In this document: positions 58,140-64,000 of the stretch, piece after piece
How the letters are laid out: each line of letters begins with the position of its first letter
How positions within the stretch are numbered: the stretch's first letter is position 1
Assembly (NCBI GenBank): GCA_963815195.1
Contig: CAWFGE010000015.1
Span: 288,001-352,000, forward strand
Reading direction: 5' to 3'
From: an uncultured Planctomycetaceae bacterium
Lineage (GTDB): Bacteria > Planctomycetota > Planctomycetia > Planctomycetales > Planctomycetaceae
Length of the DNA stretch: 64,000 bases
Made by a program: the position numbers and the translations under genes
Notes under the pieces: generated by a model
The model's database searches: none
What the model saw: the letters and a program-made list of their open reading frames with translations, nothing else
What the model was told of the DNA's origin: nothing

Positions 58140-60790
58140 TCATTCCTCAAGAAGCAAATTTGCTTTAAGGTGCTTACGGAGTCGTCCGTCTCCGGCGGGC
58201 GTCCAAGCCTGGATGTGGCCCAAATTTTGGTCATAGACGCTTCGATACTGTTCAATCCAACGATAACCGGACGGTGCTTCACCGTTGCGATTCAGATGGC
58301 GACCCCCATGAAAGTGAATAATTCGAACGTCGGGGGCGTTCGGATTGCCGTAGCGGGGAGAGCAATTGAACCGACCATCGAGAATGACATGGGGGTAATG
58401 AGGGACCAAGAGCTGCATGGCCAATTCATCAGGGATGAAATGTTTCCGACCTTCCTCGGCGACTTGAGACCAGCGTTCGAAAATCCGAGAGTGTCTCGTA
58501 AAGGCGAATACCCCGGTATTGATCGCCGGTCCGAAGGCGAGGGCGGAGGGGACGAGGTCGGGATGGGTGTCCAGCCAGGATCGAATCCGTTTGCTGATCG
58601 TGCGGCCTTGCGATTTCCAGTTGCAAAATTGTGTTGCCATCACGTATTCGGGATTCGGAAATTCCCAAAGCGGAGATAGATCTCCCGCGATGAGCGTATC
58701 GCAATCCAAGTAAACTGTTTCCTCGTAGGGCGTATAATCGCGAAGGCGAGTTTTGAACAAGTAAGACCCTTTCTTGCCGCCCTTGGTTTGGCTGGCATCC
58801 AGCGGGGTGTGTGAGAGATTCAGTGCGCATCGGTTTGAATATGTTCGCAGATGCGGCTCGCTGCTTGATCCGTGGAAACGACGGTGACGGGACCTTCATA
58901 GTATTTTCTGAGGGACGACAAAGAGACCAGAAACCGCACGGCATGCTTGTCACCGGAGAGAAAATACAAGACCCCGCGCATGCCAGAGGCTCGTGGTGAT
59001 GCCGAAGACCGGGAGGCTTCCGCAGGGAGAGAATTTGTTGATGGCTCCTTCAAGAGTTCACGGCAAGTCCTCGCGAGGCGGCGAAATCGGGAAACGTGCT
59101 TCCACCCGCGATGCGACATTTTAGCCCGGACAAAGTAGTCGTTCCGGCGGGCAGCGCAATAAAAAAGGTAGGTGTCCTGCGATGGGACGGGGAGTCGACC
59201 GGGGGCATAGGCCGCCACGGTTTTCGTCCACTGCGTGTTACCGAAGAAACACCAAGAAATAATCCGCGGATGTCGAACGAGACGGCTTCCCGGTTCGTAA
59301 GAAATCGTCAAGCGAGGGTGCTCTTGGAGTTCCGGGACGCTGTCACCCCAATCATCCAATTTCGCCAACGCGTCCGCAGGTTTGGTATAGCCCCAGGGGC
59401 TGGCAATGAAGGCGGGTAGGCGACCTTTGTCATCCGGTGCAAACCAAGCGGGATCAATCCAATCGGATTCCTCCATCGCCACGACGTCGCAATCCAGTTT
59501 CAAGTACCAAGCGGTTTGGATTTCTTCGGCGGCCACCCGAACAAAGGCCGTCAACATTTGCTCGCGTTGAGACTCCGCCTCCGGGAGGCACCATGGGACA
59601 AAGCGAATGTTCGAATGCTGGGAAAGTTTTTCAAGCGGCGTATTCATGGGATCAAATCGATGATCGTGGATGACCACCACGGGAATCCGCTTGATCTCAG
59701 GACGAAACTTCAACCACGTGTCCCAAGTCAATGCCAATTGCTTGCTGGAGTTGTCATCCACAGCAATCAGTAGCGTGAGATTCGCGAGGATCTCTTCGCG
59801 AGGAGGCCCGGAGGGTTTGGGGTTGTTTGGATTTTCCTTCTCCGCATCTTTCAGCCGTTGTTTTCGATCGTACATTCCTGCAGTCAGGATTTGTTGGGGA
59901 ATGATGGCCGTGGCATTGGCCACCGCATCTTCATAGGGAATGTGGGGAAAAACCGTCAAGCCGCTTTTGGGAGTGCAATTGAAGACCTGGAATCCCTCGC
60001 GGTCAAAGTGAGGTTTGAGATGATTTAATCGGACATTGAGGATGCGGTAACTGCTATTATTCCCCCGGACAGCGGCGCGCGAGCGATCCTGGTCGAAAGC
60101 ATAGTTTTGTCGGCCATGAACCATCTTGAAATCGCAGCCTAACAGGTAAACCTGCCTCACGCCCAGATGAAATAGTAATCTCAGCGCGATGTACATCACA
60201 GAACGGGAGCCTTTGTTTCCATAGGCATCCACACGCTCCGAGTGATTCCCCCAATTGAAGGTATCCTCGTACAGCCACTGCTCAGCGCAAAACGCCTCAT
60301 TGCGGCGGTAACCGAAAACCGCCGGCATGTCCCCCACTCGCTCCTGGGAAGGCACGAGTTCCCCTTGGTCGTCTCGCACGATGAATGTTTTCTCCATATG
60401 ACAGAGCGGGACGAACTTGAGAATGCCGGGATCATACCATATGGCGTCCGCGAAGTTGCCTGGATCGTCCACGCTGCACCACAACTGCGGACGGACGACG
60501 GTCGCCGCATTGTTCAGAGCCAATGTCAGGATTCCCCGTTGATTCAATTTGGAAAGATCGTGGTCTTTTAGGGAAGGACCGGAGCACAACAGGAAGGCCG
60601 TGTGGCCTCGGTACATGTCGCCGAGAAAGACATTATGGCCGTCTCGCGTAAACAACATCGGAGGCGTTTGTAAAAACCGCCCGACGGGAAAACCGTCGTG
60701 CTGTTCGCGCACGTGTCGCAGTCGGGCAAAATCTCCCCCGTCACGATTGGGACCGCCTGGGGCACGGCGATAAAGCGGATCAGTGGCCAT
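58140..60790 (-). CDS. Three-module protein: DUF115/Maf(MptE)-like + GT-A + GT8-like (probable frameshift near 58820)
   Basis: AFLLCSGPSL...YLLGCDF...NCTP; YLKLDCD; TVYLDCDT..INTGV..DE..IIHFHG. Confidence 0.7.
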
Positions 60791-61028
60791 GGTCGTCTCG
60801 TATGAGTTTTTTTGAAGAAGTGAATCAAATGGCGAGGTTTCAATTCCCAAACGAGCGTATGAACCTATAATCAGTAAGTCAAGTGTGGTGAACAGAGCAC
60901 ATCACCACATCCCCAAAACACCATTGAAAAGTGTTCGAGTCTGTCTCAAGACCAAATAGAAGATTTGAAATCGGTCTTGAGTACCACGGCGAACAATCAG
61001 ATTTCTGATCGTGAAGGAGCCATCGCAC

Positions 61029-61388
61029 GTGTCGCGATATTCAGACATCGTTCTGGACCACTTTTCCAATCCACGCAACTACGGAAAAATCCCCGATGCG
61101 GATTATGTGGGAACGGCCGGCGTTCCCGGCAGAGGACGGTTTCTTGTGCTGTACCTTAAAATGAGTGGGGATCGCATCGGTCAGGTCGGATTCGTGACCC
61201 ACGGGTGCGGCGCGACGATTGCTTCCGGCTCCGTATTGACTGAGCTAATTTCGGATTGTTCGGTGGATGAATGCCGCGAATTGTCCTCGGCGACCCTTCT
61301 AGAGGAACTCCATGGATTGCCTCCCGATAAGGTTTATTGCGCGTCTTTTGCCTTGGCGGCCTTGCGCAACGCGCTCCCAGACGCGTGA
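61029..61388 (+). CDS. IscU/NifU_N-like Fe-S scaffold homolog
   Basis: YSDIVLDHFSNPRNYG, GCGATIASGS and LPPDKVYCA motifs. Confidence 0.82.
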   Translation: MSRYSDIVLDHFSNPRNYGKIPDADYVGTAGVPGRGRFLVLYLKMSGDRIGQVGFVTHGCGATIASGSVLTELISDCSVDECRELSSATLLEELHGLPPDKVYCASFALAALRNALPDA

Positions 61389-61453
61389 ATCATTAGAGAA
61401 TAAACCGGGGTTTGGATATCCGGATAATGTCCCGCACATGGGAGTCGAATTTG

Positions 61454-62188
61454 ATGAAACGAGCGATTGTTTATGTATTGTTTGGAGACCAGTCCGATCC
61501 AAATTCTCGCGTCCACAAAATCTTGCGCAAAGTTTCGAAAGCCAGTCAGTGGAAAGGGAGTTTGGGGCATCCCATCGTGTTCGTATTTGGCGAAGAGAAC
61601 CTGACAGCCGTTCAATCTCAGGGATTTGAAGCCCGTTTGGTTGACGCTCGACCGCTCGTCCCTCACAACTCGGACCCAGAAATCCGATGCTCGACGTGGA
61701 TCCATAAGCCCTTAGGCTGGTCTGCCGCGCTTCAGGAATTCGATGAGTTGATTGCCTTAGATTGGGATATTCGCCCGGCACGAAGAATTGAATTGGATAA
61801 CTTGTTTGGACGTCTGGGAGAAAAATCCTTTCTCCAGGCAAATCTCCTTCAATACCGGCACGTCAAAGCTCTCTACCGAAAGCAGATGATCGGTTCTATT
61901 TCCAACCCAGCGATCCGGGCGATTCCCTCTGCAGCCTTTGTCTATCTGCGAGGCCACGATGGACAACACGCCATCGAACGCATTCTTCACTTGATGGAGC
62001 GGTTCCCCTCCATGACGGAGGAGCAAGCGATGGCTCGCTTTGTGGATGAACTTTATGGAGGATGGAAAGGAATCGAAAACTGGTGGCAGCATCATGAGCC
62101 ATATTGCTGCGGTATGCCACAACAACGTGAAGCCGTTTCGACCGGTGGCCGCACCCCGCGTGAGAAAGAACATCTTTTCCTTTATTGA
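61454..62188 (+). CDS. Hypothetical protein, possible GT-A fold
   Basis: HKP...ALDWD (DxD) and EEQAM; lies next to the glycosylation cluster. Confidence 0.5.
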   Translation: MKRAIVYVLFGDQSDPNSRVHKILRKVSKASQWKGSLGHPIVFVFGEENLTAVQSQGFEARLVDARPLVPHNSDPEIRCSTWIHKPLGWSAALQEFDELIALDWDIRPARRIELDNLFGRLGEKSFLQANLLQYRHVKALYRKQMIGSISNPAIRAIPSAAFVYLRGHDGQHAIERILHLMERFPSMTEEQAMARFVDELYGGWKGIENWWQHHEPYCCGMPQQREAVSTGGRTPREKEHLFLY

Positions 62189-62940
62189 TTACGGCAATCT
62201 CACTCGGTTGGCCTGTAACGTTTTGAGGATTTTATGGAACCCAATCGAGCAGGTGTTTCTTCCGGCGTCAAATATTGAGGAGTGCAGTTCCACCTTCGTC
62301 TGATGGTCTCCACTCAAGAGCCTGTTCACCCCGTGTTTATCGCCCTCGACATGTTTTAACGGGCATTTCGGGCTCAATCCCCTGTCTGACGAGTGTTCAT
62401 CTAAATTCAGGCAAAAAACGTGGCAATATACATAGGGGATCGCTTAACTCTCAGCCCACCAAATCGAGAGCAATTCCAACTTCGTTACTGAGGAAGGAAA
62501 GAGCAAAATCTCCCCACCACCAGCAACGACGTGCTTGGGTTTTTTGGTCTTTTGGCTTGTTGAGTTGAGAGGAGAAATGCTGTGTCACAATCACGGGATT
62601 CGAAACATGAAAATGAGAAAACAAAACGATTCGAATTGGCAAAGCTCGTGGGGCTTTTACTGGGACGAGCTTGGATCAAGGGAGGAGATCGAAACAAGCA
62701 GTCCAAGTAACGCCACGATCTTCTTCTTTCCGGATTGGGCTTGCCAATCCGCATCCAATCATTTCAGAATAATCTGAACCATTTGACGATTCACCCATTT
62801 TTTAGGAACAATCGAACCATCACTTGCGATCCTTATCGAGATTGAAGTACAAAGGGAATCAAATCCGAGAAAAAGTGAAATCCGATTTGATCGCCCACAC
62901 CATGTTTCTTTCTTGATTGCCCAACCCGTCGGAAAACGAT

Positions 62941-63990
62941 ATGCCCAACCCAACTCCTCCTGATGATATCCGTGCTCCGGGTGATGAGCATTGCGGGCCC
63001 GTCGCAAGGCCACCATATCAATTGCGATCTCTTCCCATTCCAATCCGATGGGAGGTCACGCGGCGGCATCCATATTATCTGATGTTTTGGAAAACTGCCC
63101 GTCGGCACATTCGTGGAGAGTTCACTGAAAATTCTGTTGAATCACTTATGGGGCAAGCCGCCTGCACGTTTCTTACGACCATTGGTGTTTCGGGGGAACC
63201 GATTGATCCCGGAACTTCCTTTGAAGATTTAGGCGAGGACGAGCTTCATAAAGCGTGGATGTCTGGAGCGGTGCATCCCATCACCTGCCGAGGTTTGGTG
63301 GGCCTCTTGTTGGCAGCCCTTCCCAAGGAAACGCTCGGGAAACTCGGAGACATTCTTAAACAAGCAAGCTGTGACGATCCCGAGGATGGAAGGCCTCATT
63401 TGATCGAGGCTTTTCAATTGCTTCAACAGGCGAACAACGCCGGGTTCGACGATTACGTTGATGAGCCGATTGTTTCGGTCAACCCTGCTGCCTCTGCAGG
63501 GCAAATTACCACCGCGATTGGTGAAATGTTGAACGATTGGAAATCGGAACGCGACCTCTCTGAACGACGGGATCGATCCGATAAATATCCCAAGTATCTG
63601 GAGGTTTGGGATCTCCGGGAAGGGTGGACAGGGAGCGACTATGATCCGCTTGCCGAGCAAACTTTTCAAGAAATTGCTCAGGCGATTGGCGAAAGCCCTT
63701 CCACGGTGAGCAAACATTACCGCCGGGCTTTTGAGTTGATTACGGGGCATCCGTATCGTCCGGGGTTGTGGTATCGGATTGTTATGCCCCATAAAATCGG
63801 CATATTGGGGTTTGAAGAAAGTCCAGTCAGTCGGAGGCGTCCTTCGACCTCCCCATCCCGTGCTCCTGTGCCTGAATCTCGATTGGGAGTGGATCTTGAT
63901 GTAATTGCAAGCTCTCGAGGTCCCACGGATTCCACATCTGGCCAGGAAGTGTCGGGAGCTGATGGGCAACATCAGAAATCTCATTTGTGA
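62941..63990 (+). CDS. Hypothetical protein with C-terminal HTH
   Basis: TFQEIAQAIGESPSTVSKHYRRAFELI resembles a sigma-70 region-4-type HTH. Confidence 0.55.
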   Translation: MPNPTPPDDIRAPGDEHCGPVARPPYQLRSLPIPIRWEVTRRHPYYLMFWKTARRHIRGEFTENSVESLMGQAACTFLTTIGVSGEPIDPGTSFEDLGEDELHKAWMSGAVHPITCRGLVGLLLAALPKETLGKLGDILKQASCDDPEDGRPHLIEAFQLLQQANNAGFDDYVDEPIVSVNPAASAGQITTAIGEMLNDWKSERDLSERRDRSDKYPKYLEVWDLREGWTGSDYDPLAEQTFQEIAQAIGESPSTVSKHYRRAFELITGHPYRPGLWYRIVMPHKIGILGFEESPVSRRRPSTSPSRAPVPESRLGVDLDVIASSRGPTDSTSGQEVSGADGQHQKSHL

Positions 63991-64000
63991 AGGGAAGTCT

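Noticed and set aside
43500..58830. Mass pseudogenisation of Rhs2 and the glycosylation genes
   Set aside because: Each gene has one isolated indel and no other decay; read error is more likely and needs polishing to confirm.

Overview
An accessory island, possibly from a planctomycete (inferred from protein style only), with four parts. (1) 0.7-6.3 kb: an HTH regulator / AAA ATPase / S8 subtilase operon of IetAS type, with the protease split by an IS701-family element. (2) Two giant Rhs/YD-repeat toxin genes in inverted orientation (8177-17641 + and 38050-45160 -). They share a near-identical ~250-aa Ser/Glu low-complexity N-terminus but have unrelated C-terminal tips (alpha/beta-hydrolase versus methyltransferase-like) and different downstream genes (HEAT-like versus LRR plus a truncated Clp ATPase). 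(3) Between them, a 15-kb nest of mobile elements: IS66 > IS21 > repeated copies of a four-gene TGT...ACA transposon (Zn-ribbon, DDE integrase, ExeA-like ATPase, primase-type Zn finger) > IS1380. (4) 45-62 kb: a glycosylation/modification cluster (sulfotransferase, methyltransferases, KdsB, GT4, GT2-TPR, DUF115/Maf-like). The most unusual item is a 1.68-kb element present in two copies. It has no terminal inverted repeats, is bounded by CTAAC, has terminal hairpins, and encodes one protein with a Rep_trans/CRI-like YDK...RxE motif plus a winged helix. It is a candidate unclassified rolling-circle or tyrosine-type transposon. Many single-base frameshifts differ between otherwise identical copies and are probably sequencing errors.
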